Virus record (IMG/VR): IMGVR_UViG_3300020202_000075
Location: 1,180 to 65,179 of that record
Reading direction: 5' to 3' (one strand)
Length of the DNA: 64,000 nucleotides
Origin: a virus
Taxonomy: Duplodnaviria > Caudoviricetes
The notes below the pieces were generated by a model. The model saw only the letters and a list, made by a program, of their open reading frames with translations. It made no database searches and was not told the origin of the DNA. Each line of letters begins with the position of its first letter. Positions within the stretch are counted from its first letter, which is position 1. Positions 53,187 to 62,790 of the stretch are shown piece after piece. The translations under genes were made by a program, and so were the position numbers.

Positions 53187-53482
53187 TTCTGCCTCGCGCG
53201 CCTCTCGGCTCGTTGCTCGGCCTCCATCACCTTGATGGACTGGAGGATGACTTGCGTGTTCTGGTCGATGATCTTGACGTGCTCGCGCACCTCGCTGATC
53301 GCCTGCCGCGTGTCCTTCCTGTCCTCCTCCTGGCGCTTCTCGATGTGCTGCAGCCTTTCGGCAGAGCGCCCACGGTCCACCTGCGCCTCGCTGTAGACCG
53401 CCAGAGGGCCACCGACGATGCCAACGACCATCGCCACCGAGGCGAGCGAGATGCGACCGTTTTTCTTCTCGTCGCTCACCAT
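53183..53482 (-). CDS. membrane-anchored coiled-coil protein
   Basis: GGAGG RBS; TM then coiled coil. Confidence 0.65.
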   Translation of the reverse strand: MVSDEKKNGRISLASVAMVVGIVGGPLAVYSEAQVDRGRSAERLQHIEKRQEEDRKDTRQAISEVREHVKIIDQNTQVILQSIKVMEAEQRAERRARQK

Positions 53483-53736
53483 GTCCTCCGGTAGATCAGA
53501 TGCGCGCCGCCGAGGCCCACGGTTCCGTTCTGGCGGTTGACGATAGGCTGGAGGGACAGATCCACGGACTGCGCGCGCCCGTCCGACCATTGCCGGCCGC
53601 CGAGATTGAAGAGCTGGCCTTGATGCATCTCTGGAATCTCAGGGAGCGGGAGGAAACCCTGCGGCTGCGGACGCTCAAAGGTCGGCTGCTGCTTCGTGAG
53701 CGCGTCAACGAGCGCGCGGCGGGAGGCGTCGTCCAC
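53476..53736 (-). CDS. hypothetical protein
   Basis: Coupled ORF after tail fiber. Confidence 0.55.
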   Translation of the reverse strand: MDDASRRALVDALTKQQPTFERPQPQGFLPLPEIPEMHQGQLFNLGGRQWSDGRAQSVDLSLQPIVNRQNGTVGLGGAHLIYRRTW

Positions 53737-53738
53737 GA

Positions 53739-55106
53739 CTACCCCTGCATGCTCACCATCAGCCCGGACTGGATGTACGTCACGCCGCCATCCCCGAACC
53801 AGTTCGTTGTGCCAGTCGCTTGAGCTATTTCAAGGCGCGCGATGGTGTGGCGGCCAACGCCAGGATAGCCGCGGTACTTCGCCCACAACTGCATCGCCCC
53901 CTCCCCAGCTATGGGAGCGAATCCACCCATCAAGGTGGCGCTGTTCGCGTTCGTCGCATCGATGCCGATACCTGCGGCAGCGCCAGTCCCGCCGGTGGAG
54001 TTGTTCGCGATGGCCATAGCTTCAGCAGTGACCTGATCTTCCGAAACACCGACAACCACCTCGACCTGATTGGTGGTGGAGTTGTTCGCCTGCCTCCACG
54101 TCGCCAAGCTGTACGCCCAGGTATCTGTCGTATCGACGGCCCGCAGACTGCGCTCGAAGCGGTGGTAGTAGTTGAAGACGTAGCGCTTCGCGAGCGAATC
54201 CTCTGTCTGGCCGTTTCCTGCCGTCGTGCTGTAGAAGGAACCCACATAGCGGCGCCCGGTGGCCCCGGTCTTCACATACACGCCGTCCTGGGTGGCAAGC
54301 GCAGTAGCGCGTGTCGTGTCGTTCGTCCACGCAACGATGTCCAGCGTCAGCGTGCCGGCGTTGTCATATACGAACACGTCGTTCATCTGGGTCGCGTCGG
54401 GAACATCCCCGGAGATCTCCGCGAACGTGTAGAGCTTCCACGTAGACCCGGTGTAGAGCGCGATCTTGTTGCCCTTGTACGGCGTGAAGTAGATTGTTTC
54501 AGCCGCCGTCACATCGGATGTCGTGACCGCGGTTCCGCTCGTCAGCGTCAGCCTCCCTTGGCAGACTTCAGGCGAGACCATCGGCGGCATGGAGCCTGAT
54601 GCGATCAGGTTGAACTGCGTCCCGTCGTACTCCACCACCACCGGGATGCTTGCCACGAGCTCACCGCCGCGGAGCGATACCCCCCCTGAGAAGATGTTCT
54701 TCGCCCCCAGGCTTGAGACATTCAGCGTGGTGGCGCCGGTGTTGGTGTTCGCAGGCGAGAAGATGAACTTTTGACCAGAGGCATAGGCTGCTGGCGTAGG
54801 GGTAGCTGTGCCGGTCACGGTGTTCGTGCCGGCTACGGAAGCTAGGAGCGTGAGCCCGTTGTTCTGTACTTGCGCGGCAGTTACGGCATGGGCGACGCCG
54901 GTGGCGGCCCCCATGTTCTGGATGCGGAAGCCGCCCATGTCGAACAGGGCCGTAGCAGCGGCCTGACCGTCCCGGCAGAACGCCGTGTCGAACGCCGTGG
55001 CGATGTCGTTTGCCAGGTCGTTGTGCGTCGTGCTCGAGATAGTCGTCCCGGTGACGACCGGCTGGCCTGCGGGGAGGCTGTACTCCCCTGATCCGTTGTA
55101 GGACAT
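53739..55106 (-). CDS. tail fiber protein
   Basis: MSYNGSG.Y.LP..QPVVTGTTISST.HN head-binding-type N-terminus; NTGATTLNV..LGAK. Confidence 0.8.
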   Translation of the reverse strand: MSYNGSGEYSLPAGQPVVTGTTISSTTHNDLANDIATAFDTAFCRDGQAAATALFDMGGFRIQNMGAATGVAHAVTAAQVQNNGLTLLASVAGTNTVTGTATPTPAAYASGQKFIFSPANTNTGATTLNVSSLGAKNIFSGGVSLRGGELVASIPVVVEYDGTQFNLIASGSMPPMVSPEVCQGRLTLTSGTAVTTSDVTAAETIYFTPYKGNKIALYTGSTWKLYTFAEISGDVPDATQMNDVFVYDNAGTLTLDIVAWTNDTTRATALATQDGVYVKTGATGRRYVGSFYSTTAGNGQTEDSLAKRYVFNYYHRFERSLRAVDTTDTWAYSLATWRQANNSTTNQVEVVVGVSEDQVTAEAMAIANNSTGGTGAAAGIGIDATNANSATLMGGFAPIAGEGAMQLWAKYRGYPGVGRHTIARLEIAQATGTTNWFGDGGVTYIQSGLMVSMQG

Positions 55107-55168
55107 CTACCTCTCCTTACCCGTCGCCTCGCGGCGATGGTTCAAAATCAATGTGCTAGGCTTACGCC

Positions 55169-55303
55169 ATGACGTGGCTTGCCGTCCTCATCAAGCCGTT
55201 CGTGGCGCTCGTATTCCTCACGTCCCTTGCCTTCGTCCGCTGGTCGGTCATCCGTTGGTTTCCTGAGTCCAAGGTCAAGCGGCTCCTGCTAAGGCGCGTT
55301 TAG
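55169..55303 (+). CDS. small antisense membrane protein (44 aa), superinfection-exclusion candidate
   Basis: Manual translation MTWLAVLIKPFVALVFLTSLAFVRWSVIRWFPESKVKRLLLRRV; TGnTAGGCT just upstream. Confidence 0.55.
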   Translation: MTWLAVLIKPFVALVFLTSLAFVRWSVIRWFPESKVKRLLLRRV

Positions 55304-57142
55304 GTAAGTCGTAGCCCCGCCGATCGCCGCCGGCGGAAGCGTTGTCATCAAGGCTCTGGCAATCCTCGCCGCAGTGTCGCTGGGGACTGCGGACTGCATC
55401 ATCCTCGCGGCTTCGGAAGGCTCAAGCAGCGCATTGGCGAGCCTGCCGGCGATCTCGCGGTTTGCCCTGCCGTAGACCGCATCCGCCCCTCGGGCCGCGA
55501 ACCCGCCGACTGCCTGCGCGGCGCCCATGTTGCGCAGCCACGTCGGGATGCCGGCGTTGTCGATGATGTTGGAGTAGGCGAGCTTCTGAACGGTGTCCGA
55601 CCCGACGCCGCGTCCGGCGGTCTGGGCGAAGTTCGCGCGCTGGAGATCGCCGCGCAACGCCTCGAGGATGGCAAGCTGCCCCGGCGACATCGTGTTCTCG
55701 AGCGTGGCGCCGCTGAATCCAGTGGCCCTGGCCGGCAGGTTCGGATCGGCAAGCGCGCGCGCGTAGGCGCCGGGCAGCAGTTGATCGTCCAGCGGACGGA
55801 TGGAGCGCTGGGCGATATCGCTGGCGACGTCCATCTGGTTGATGGGGCCGCTCATCTGGGCGAAGGTTTGGCGCGCGTTCCCGTAGGCGGGACTGAGATC
55901 GTCCATCACGGTCAGCAGATCGCTCTTGAACTGCGTCAGGCCGCGGCGCGTTTGCGCCCCCATACCCGTCTGCGGCGCGGCCGAAAGGAGGTCGTCCACG
56001 GCGATCTTGACCCAGTGCAGGCCATTCAATGAGCCCGCGGCGTCCATCACTTCGCCGTTGATGCGAGCTAGTTCGCGGGCGCGTTCCATAACGCCAGCCG
56101 GCATGCGCTCCGTCAGGTTCTTGATCTGCGGCTGAAGGATCTGCGCCATCTCGGGATCAATACCAGCCTGACGCGCTGCTCCATAAAGCTGGTTCGCGGT
56201 GGTGTCCCTCGCCTGCTCTGCCGCTTCACGCGCGCCACTCGTGCCAGCCATTCCGCGGAGTGCATCCACGCGGGCGCTGTTCTGCTGCGCTAGGCGTTGC
56301 TGTACCGGGTTCGTGACCTCTGGGACAGTTGCGAACGCCGTGCGCTCGAGAGCGGCTACGCCGGCGTTACCTGCTGCCTGTCCCGCGGTCGGGAGGGAAC
56401 CCGGCACCAAGGGCTGCGCTTGGGATAGCGCCTGCACCACCGCATCGGCGTCTTGGCCTGCTGCGTTGCGGATAGCACGCCCCACGATGCGCTCTTGGCC
56501 CCCTTGGTACATCGGCTCAACGGCCGCACGTCCTGCCCGTAGGGCCATGCCGGCTACCGGCACAGCAGCGCCTGCGGCTCCTCCTATCGCGGCATTCGTG
56601 GATCGGCTCTCGCCGGTAGCCACAGGCTGCAGCGCCGCCTGCGTCGCCCCCATCGATCCCTGTGTCACCGCCCCTCCCATCGTGGCCGGCGAGGACAGCG
56701 CATAACGGCCAGCGGCCTGTACGGCAGGCGCTCGCAGAGCGTTCCCGGCGCGAATCACAGCCCCTCCAGGCGCCAGCGCCATGCCCACCTGCGTCCCTAC
56801 GTTGCCGACCACGCCGCCGGCGGTGTTCATCAGCGCCTTGTCGCGCTGCGCCGCTTCGTCAACCTCCTGATGGGAAGCGTTGCCGGTGATTTGCCGCACA
56901 CCAAGGCCGACGTCGGAAATGGCCTTACCGGCGCCGGCCGCGAGGTTGGAGAAGAAGCCGCTGTCCTGGTTGAAGTTCTTCGCCCCTTGCGTGATGGGGT
57001 CGTTCTCCACCATCGCCGCGGTCTTGGCGCGACGCTCCTTGACCATCGGCATGATGTCGCGCTCGATGGCCGCCTGCACCTGCTGCGGCGTCATCGTGTC
57101 GGGGAACTCCACCACCCCGAAGCCTTGAACCGTCACCCTCAA
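55289..57142 (-). CDS. DNA ejection protein (gp16-like position)
   Basis: VEFPD.M..Q N-terminus, Ala/Gly-rich, GSDT motif. Confidence 0.7.
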   Translation of the reverse strand: MRVTVQGFGVVEFPDTMTPQQVQAAIERDIMPMVKERRAKTAAMVENDPITQGAKNFNQDSGFFSNLAAGAGKAISDVGLGVRQITGNASHQEVDEAAQRDKALMNTAGGVVGNVGTQVGMALAPGGAVIRAGNALRAPAVQAAGRYALSSPATMGGAVTQGSMGATQAALQPVATGESRSTNAAIGGAAGAAVPVAGMALRAGRAAVEPMYQGGQERIVGRAIRNAAGQDADAVVQALSQAQPLVPGSLPTAGQAAGNAGVAALERTAFATVPEVTNPVQQRLAQQNSARVDALRGMAGTSGAREAAEQARDTTANQLYGAARQAGIDPEMAQILQPQIKNLTERMPAGVMERARELARINGEVMDAAGSLNGLHWVKIAVDDLLSAAPQTGMGAQTRRGLTQFKSDLLTVMDDLSPAYGNARQTFAQMSGPINQMDVASDIAQRSIRPLDDQLLPGAYARALADPNLPARATGFSGATLENTMSPGQLAILEALRGDLQRANFAQTAGRGVGSDTVQKLAYSNIIDNAGIPTWLRNMGAAQAVGGFAARGADAVYGRANREIAGRLANALLEPSEAARMMQSAVPSDTAARIARALMTTLPPAAIGGATTYLNAP

Positions 57143-58470
57143 GTGCGGCCCCCGGTGTAGACGTAGGAGCCATCCGGCTGCAGTTTCAGCCGGTCGCTTT
57201 CACGGCGGCCATATGCTGGCGTGGAGCCCTCTACGGACTCGCGGAAGATCTGGTCGAAGGGAAGGCCTCGGGCTGTCGCCGCACGCTCATAGACCGCCTT
57301 CGCGTCGTTGTAGCCCTTCTCGAGTTGGCCGACGCGGTTGCCCAGCATAGCCGTGAGCTCGGCGCGGTTCTGCTCGGTCAGACGCCCCTTCCCCTGCATG
57401 ATGTACTGCACCTGCCCCTTGAAGCGTTCCATCGGGGAGCCGGACTTTATGACGAGAGCCATCTCCCCCTCGCGCACCACCGAGGTCGGGTCGAGCACCT
57501 TGCCCACGGCGTAGATGAGGTCGAGGTCGCCGGCCGGGGTGTTTGGAGCCTTGCGGGCTGACTCGATGATCGGCAGCACCGCCCGGTAGTTCTTCACTTC
57601 CGGCACGTCGTCGAACTCCTTGCGGAGGTCCGTCACCGCCTTGTCCGACTTATCGCCGGCCGTCCTAGCGTTTGCCTCGGCCGCGCGGAAATCGGTCATG
57701 TCCTGCCCGCGGCGCGTCGTTGCATCTGACATGATGGCGGAACCGCTAGGCGTGGCGTGCAGTTGCCGTTGCGTGGTCGCGCTAAGTTGCGCGCTGCCGC
57801 TTGGCGTGGCATGCGTCTGCAGGGTTGTCTGGGCTGAAAGCTGCGCCGAGCCGCTAGGCGTAGCGTGCCTGCGATCCTCGCCAGCCTGCCGGAGGGTAGC
57901 GTCCGGAGTTGCGCCTTTCGGCAAGTAGCCAACCAGCGCCCCGTTCTTGAACAGGCCGATCTTGTCCCCAAGGTCCACCCGGGTGGGCTCCGCCTGATCG
58001 CGCTGTATCTGCGCCATGAGTTGCCCCATCGCAGCCTGCTGCACCTGCGGGTCTTGGATCATCGGCAAGGCCCCACGGAGGCTCTGCGCCGGCGTCTGCG
58101 CTGCGATGGGGTCGGCCTGTGTGACGTTGCCGGATGCGTCCTCCGTGAGCCCGCCGGGCTGCGCAGGACGTCCGCCAAGGGCGTTTACGAGCAGTCCCAT
58201 GTCCGCACCGCGGCGCTCCTGCTGACGCCTTGCAAGGGCCAAGCCCTCCTGGTCGGAGGCATCACCTGCGGCCATCGCGTTGCGGTAGTTGAGCGCCTGC
58301 GCGAGGTGGCTGAAGGGGGATGTTGGGACATAGAACTTCCCCACCATCTGGCCAGCAGGGACTGGCTGTGAATATTTACCCGCAAGGGCCTCGGCGAGGC
58401 GACGGCGCCTTGCAATGCTCTCGCCTTCCGCTTCATACTCCGTCGCTCCGTACAGGTTCTGGGAGGCCAT
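57139..58470 (-). CDS. DNA ejection protein (gp20-like position)
   Basis: RRRRLAEAL N-terminus, TTRRGQD, KVLDP.SVVREGE. Confidence 0.7.
   Translation of the reverse strand: MASQNLYGATEYEAEGESIARRRRLAEALAGKYSQPVPAGQMVGKFYVPTSPFSHLAQALNYRNAMAAGDASDQEGLALARRQQERRGADMGLLVNALGGRPAQPGGLTEDASGNVTQADPIAAQTPAQSLRGALPMIQDPQVQQAAMGQLMAQIQRDQAEPTRVDLGDKIGLFKNGALVGYLPKGATPDATLRQAGEDRRHATPSGSAQLSAQTTLQTHATPSGSAQLSATTQRQLHATPSGSAIMSDATTRRGQDMTDFRAAEANARTAGDKSDKAVTDLRKEFDDVPEVKNYRAVLPIIESARKAPNTPAGDLDLIYAVGKVLDPTSVVREGEMALVIKSGSPMERFKGQVQYIMQGKGRLTEQNRAELTAMLGNRVGQLEKGYNDAKAVYERAATARGLPFDQIFRESVEGSTPAYGRRESDRLKLQPDGSYVYTGGRT
57706..57867 (-). repeat. three 54-bp (18-aa) HATPSGSA repeats
   Basis: HATPSGSAQLSAQTTLQT/HATPSGSAQLSATTQRQL/HATPSGSAIMSDATTRRG. 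Confidence 0.85.
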
Positions 58471-58824
58471 GTGCGCTACGTCCTCATCGTTGTAGCCGTA
58501 ACCTTGCTTGCAAACTGTGCGCAACCACGCCGCGAACCAACGCCAGAAGAACGGGCAGCAGAATTCCGGGAGCGCGTCGAATATGTGCGAAAAACGTTCG
58601 GACCAGCCTGCGCGCAGTTCCACGCGGAAGGGTCAGAACAGTGGGCATCCTGCGCGGCCACCCTGTACTACCAAGACCTAGATAAGCGCTCGGCTGAAGC
58701 AGCGAGGGACGCGGCTGCGGCTGCTCATTTCGGGAGAGCGCTACAGGAATTTGGGAACACCGTGTATCAGCCAGCGCCCATACAGCGGTGCCAATGGGTG
58801 GGAAGAATCTGGACATGCCGTTAA
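58471..58824 (+). CDS. antisense lipoprotein (moron-like)
   Basis: GGGAGG + GTG; LLAN-C lipobox; four further Cys. Confidence 0.7.
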   Translation: MRYVLIVVAVTLLANCAQPRREPTPEERAAEFRERVEYVRKTFGPACAQFHAEGSEQWASCAATLYYQDLDKRSAEAARDAAAAAHFGRALQEFGNTVYQPAPIQRCQWVGRIWTCR

Positions 58825-59892
58825 TCACTTCCTCCCCCACGGCCCCATGGGGCCGCCAAGGAAGGCCCCGCCTAGGCTGAACAGACCCTGCGTTAGGGCG
58901 GCTTCCTGCGCTGCTTTCGCGTTATAGGCGCTCGCCGCGTAATCCCCTGCCGCCTGCGTCGCCCCGAACACCGGAGCCGGCGCCACGTTGGCGTTGTATT
59001 GCTGGAACTGCGGCGTCTGCACCTGATTTCCAGTCCGTAGCGCGTTCACCTCGTTCAGCGGCAGGCTGCGGAGGAACTGCGCCTCCTGGATCGCCTGCTG
59101 CCGCGCCTGGTTCTGGAAGCCGCCGGCGCCCATCTGCTGCGCATAGGCTTGCTGCTGCGCCTGGTTGGCGAACTGCCCCTGTGCCTGCTCCATGCCGAAG
59201 AGGCGCGACTGCTCCTGTCCGCCGGCAAGAATGGCCTGCATGCGCGCGTCGTTCTCCTGCTCGGAAAGACGGCGGTATTCCCGGTTCGCTGCCTCGCCGC
59301 CGGGGTCAATGCCCTGCACCGCAAGCTGCGTCCTGGTGGCGTCGCGCTGCTGCGCAAACCGCGGCTCGAGTCTGGACATTAACGCCTGCTCGACCTTCGC
59401 CCGATCGGCCGAGAAGTCAGCCGCTCCAATCTTAGCCTGCGGCTTGCCAGCGTCGATGGACTGCACCGCGGACGGTCCGGAGAAACTGAACGGGGCCGAT
59501 GTCGCGCTAGAGACACGCCCCAGCCCGCTTTCCGCCATCCCTCCAAGCTGGTTGATGATGCGGTTCTCCTGATCCAGCCGCGACTGCCCCAGTGGCGTGA
59601 GACTCACCTGCCCTTGCAGGACCGGGATGTCTACCGCTGGGTTGCCTTCCGCGCCTGGAATCGTGCGAGAGCCGATCTGCGACCATGTTTCTGAGCCGTA
59701 TGGCGTGATCTGGTTGGGGCGAGATAGCAGCGCCGAGGCAATGGCCGACTGCACGTTGGCCGCGCCTTGTGCAGCGGCGGCGCCGCGGTAATCCGGTGGA
59801 GGCGGGGGATCAGACTTCCCCATGTCGTTGAAGACTGGCTCATCCATTGACGCCCCTTGCAGGCGCAGATGGACGAAACGAGAAAGATTCAT
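58825..59892 (-). CDS. DNA ejection/pilot protein (gp7-like position)
   Basis: MGKSDPPPPPDY..AA..QG, NQITPYG; Gln/Ala-rich; alternative start 59823. Confidence 0.7.
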   Translation of the reverse strand: MNLSRFVHLRLQGASMDEPVFNDMGKSDPPPPPDYRGAAAAQGAANVQSAIASALLSRPNQITPYGSETWSQIGSRTIPGAEGNPAVDIPVLQGQVSLTPLGQSRLDQENRIINQLGGMAESGLGRVSSATSAPFSFSGPSAVQSIDAGKPQAKIGAADFSADRAKVEQALMSRLEPRFAQQRDATRTQLAVQGIDPGGEAANREYRRLSEQENDARMQAILAGGQEQSRLFGMEQAQGQFANQAQQQAYAQQMGAGGFQNQARQQAIQEAQFLRSLPLNEVNALRTGNQVQTPQFQQYNANVAPAPVFGATQAAGDYAASAYNAKAAQEAALTQGLFSLGGAFLGGPMGPWGRK

Positions 59893-60326
59893 GCCGCTTT
59901 CCTTTCCTCTGCGATCAACCCTCTAGCCAGGGCCTCGCTCCGCAATATCCCGTAGATGTGCATGTCGTCATTGCCGTAGTAACGGCGAAGGCATCCTTCG
60001 TACTGAAAACCAAGTTTGCGCACGAACCTGATGGCCTTCTTGTTCTTCTTCGCCACTGCAGCCGTTATCCGTTCCTTGCCGAGTTGGTTGAACGGGTAGT
60101 CGAACATTGCGCGGATGAAGGCCGGAGTAAGACGAGAGCCAGGCCAGATCGCGATGTGCCCGCAAATGTTGGCCCGCTCAAAGCGGTTGTAGACCACGCC
60201 GGCACGAAAGCAGCCGTCGTCGCCAACAAGGCCAAGCGCCGTATAGTTCCCCCAAGGCTCCTGCTGGCCCTGTATCTGCGCCACCATCTGGCCGATCCAC
60301 TCTCGAGGTTGAGCGATGATCTGCAC
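59889..60326 (-). CDS. GNAT acetyltransferase-like protein
   Basis: FDYPFNQLG, N.KAIRF..KLGF.YEG.LR. Confidence 0.8.
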   Translation of the reverse strand: MQIIAQPREWIGQMVAQIQGQQEPWGNYTALGLVGDDGCFRAGVVYNRFERANICGHIAIWPGSRLTPAFIRAMFDYPFNQLGKERITAAVAKKNKKAIRFVRKLGFQYEGCLRRYYGNDDMHIYGILRSEALARGLIAEERKAA

Positions 60327-61888
60327 TAGATCACCCCGCCCATTTCCATGACGTAGTCCGTCGCCTGGTGACGGACTTCGATCTGCGCAGACTGCCCCTT
60401 GAGGCGCAGAGCAGCGCAATGCCCGATCGCCGGCGCCTTCTGCCAGTTCTTCAGCACCGAGAGGCCGCCGCCCCAGACCCCGGTGTCCCACAACGACGAA
60501 TCCCACACCGCGTAGGACGTAGCAGTGAAAGAGAGAGAGCCGGATGGCTCCGCGTCCTCGTAATCGACATTCAGGCCGGACAGAATGGAGGGCGTGCCAT
60601 CCGATGCGAAAATCGGGCGAATGAGCTTGAAGTGCTTCTTCTGCCCGCGCCGACCGAAATAGTTGAACGCCTGCTTCAACTGCCAGCTGATGTTCGACCC
60701 GTTGTCGTCGAAGTCCTCGAAGACCTCATAGACCGCACCGCTGCCGCCGGCGTAGGCTTTGTCGTTGAGAACCGCCCAGCAGTTGAACGCCATGTTCTTG
60801 AAACGTCCCCAGCCCCCGGTGCTCAGGTTCATGGCGTATTGCTGCTGCTGCCCCTGCGCCACCGGGACGTTGAGGAGTAGCATTTGATGCCGCGGAATCT
60901 GGATCACTTGCCAGCCGAACGTCGAGCCGTAGAGACGAGCAGCGTCCGTCATCGCCTCGCGGATGTTGTCTGTGAGGGCGGCCCTCGGGTTGATGCGGTC
61001 CGATATGAGCGCCTTCGAAAGCGGCATTGCGCCATCCGTGCAGAGGAGCACCAGATCGCCGGCCACCTTCTCGAGGCAGCGCTGGCCTAGCGGTTGACCA
61101 AGCTGCCAGATACCGACGAGCGCCCACTTCGTGGCGTCGGATGGGTCGGTGCCCTTGTAGACCGCCACCTCGCCCTTGTCGGTGACGACGACGAAGTGGT
61201 CATCAACGCCTTCGCCAGCATCGAGCGTCCACGTTCCGAGCGCCCGAAGCGCTCCGCCGCGACGGAAGATCGACTCGAAGGAATACTCCGTCGCCGCACC
61301 GCCAACGGCATCGGCCGCCAGATACCAAGCCGAGAGCGTGTTCACCTCGATGAACCACAGCCTCTCCTTGAAGATGGCGGGGTTCGTGAGCGAGGTGGTG
61401 GTAACGCCTGTGATCGCCGGCGTAGATGCGGCATCGACGGCCGTCCATGCGGTGCCGTTGTAGTAGCGCGGCTTGTCCACGCCATTGGCTGAGATGAGCC
61501 AAGTGACGCCTGACGTGTCGGTCATGTTCGTCCACTGCCAGCGCGCATTCGTCAAGGTGCTCTGCACCGCAGCCCCGACTGCTCCTGCGCTCGTCACGTC
61601 GTAGAACGCCGTGCCGGCCGCCCCGAACATCTTGGCGGACGTGAATCCGTTCCAGACCATCAACGTCTCAACCTGTCCGGTAATGCCGGTGACGTGCTCG
61701 TCGTGCCCCTTCCTAACCATGATGTCCGCGGTGAGGGGGAAGAAGTTGTCCATCAGGATCGCGAACTCTGGGTCCATGTTCGCGATCGGGTCACGGGCGT
61801 TCCAACCACGAACAGCGGAAGGCACCGAGGCGGTCTTCGCAATCTGGCGGTTCGCGATTTGCGAGGTGCGAATCACGAAAGATCCCAA
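60326..61888 (-). CDS. tail hub / stabilization protein (gp10-like)
   Basis: GWNARD, FKERLWF, YKGTDP, WDSSLWD..VW. Confidence 0.75.
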   Translation of the reverse strand: MGSFVIRTSQIANRQIAKTASVPSAVRGWNARDPIANMDPEFAILMDNFFPLTADIMVRKGHDEHVTGITGQVETLMVWNGFTSAKMFGAAGTAFYDVTSAGAVGAAVQSTLTNARWQWTNMTDTSGVTWLISANGVDKPRYYNGTAWTAVDAASTPAITGVTTTSLTNPAIFKERLWFIEVNTLSAWYLAADAVGGAATEYSFESIFRRGGALRALGTWTLDAGEGVDDHFVVVTDKGEVAVYKGTDPSDATKWALVGIWQLGQPLGQRCLEKVAGDLVLLCTDGAMPLSKALISDRINPRAALTDNIREAMTDAARLYGSTFGWQVIQIPRHQMLLLNVPVAQGQQQQYAMNLSTGGWGRFKNMAFNCWAVLNDKAYAGGSGAVYEVFEDFDDNGSNISWQLKQAFNYFGRRGQKKHFKLIRPIFASDGTPSILSGLNVDYEDAEPSGSLSFTATSYAVWDSSLWDTGVWGGGLSVLKNWQKAPAIGHCAALRLKGQSAQIEVRHQATDYVMEMGGVI

Positions 61889-62790
61889 CTGCCTTCCGGC
61901 ACTGACCCCTCGTTGATGAGGAAGCGGCCCATCTGCGGAGAGAGCGAGAGCGTCGGGTTGTCGTCGTCGCCCGCCTTGGCCTTGGAGAGGAGATCCAGGA
62001 ACACCGCCTCCTCAGTCGCGAAGTCGAGCTTGTTCGCGCGCAACCAGTAGAACTTGAGTCCCCACGCCATCAGCGAGTCGTTGAAGATGCAGGTGTCGGT
62101 GTCTGCCGTGGTTCGCGCCTTCGTGGGGTTCGACCCTCCACTAGCGATCACCCAGTATTCGCTGACGTACTCATAGGCGAAGTTGAGGACATCCGCAGGA
62201 GCAGGGAATAGCCGCAGCTTGTTCCCCACGATGCGGTAGCGATAGCGAGGAGCCGTGGAAATCGCGCCACCATTGAGCCATTGCCACTCCTGCGCCGACT
62301 TCGCCCCGAGGTTCTTCCAGTGCTGCGAGCGGTTCCAGTTCGTCTGCGGAACCATGCGATTGAATCCAGTCGGCAGGCTGAAGTCCTGCGTGGAGAACGT
62401 CAGCGTCACGTCGTTCCCGGTGGCGGTGGCCACCATGTCGAGCGTGATCTGGGAAGCCGAATCAACAGACTCGATGAGCGCGAAGGCTGGAATGCCCGTC
62501 CCCGACACCTGCATCCCGGCCACCAGGCTCGTGGTGTTGCTCATGCCGGCGATGACCGCGGAATCGACCGTTGGGTCGCCGGTCTTGGTGATACTGTCCG
62601 AGGTGGCGAACGTCTCGATGAACGTCGAGCGGCGCCACTCGTACTCCTGGATGAGGTCCGCCCCCAGTCGGTTGTAGAGGGCGAGCAACTGCAGGACGTT
62701 GGTGTCCGCAGACCCCGTCACCGCGTTGGGCGCGGTGATGCCAATTTCTTGGCTTACGTCACTGACTAGCTGAAGGAGCGTTCTCGCCAC
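61873..62790 (-). CDS. head-tail adaptor / tail tubular protein
   Basis: TLLQLV...EIG, LP.GF.RM, YEYVS, PEGSW. Confidence 0.75.
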   Translation of the reverse strand: MARTLLQLVSDVSQEIGITAPNAVTGSADTNVLQLLALYNRLGADLIQEYEWRRSTFIETFATSDSITKTGDPTVDSAVIAGMSNTTSLVAGMQVSGTGIPAFALIESVDSASQITLDMVATATGNDVTLTFSTQDFSLPTGFNRMVPQTNWNRSQHWKNLGAKSAQEWQWLNGGAISTAPRYRYRIVGNKLRLFPAPADVLNFAYEYVSEYWVIASGGSNPTKARTTADTDTCIFNDSLMAWGLKFYWLRANKLDFATEEAVFLDLLSKAKAGDDDNPTLSLSPQMGRFLINEGSVPEGSWDLS

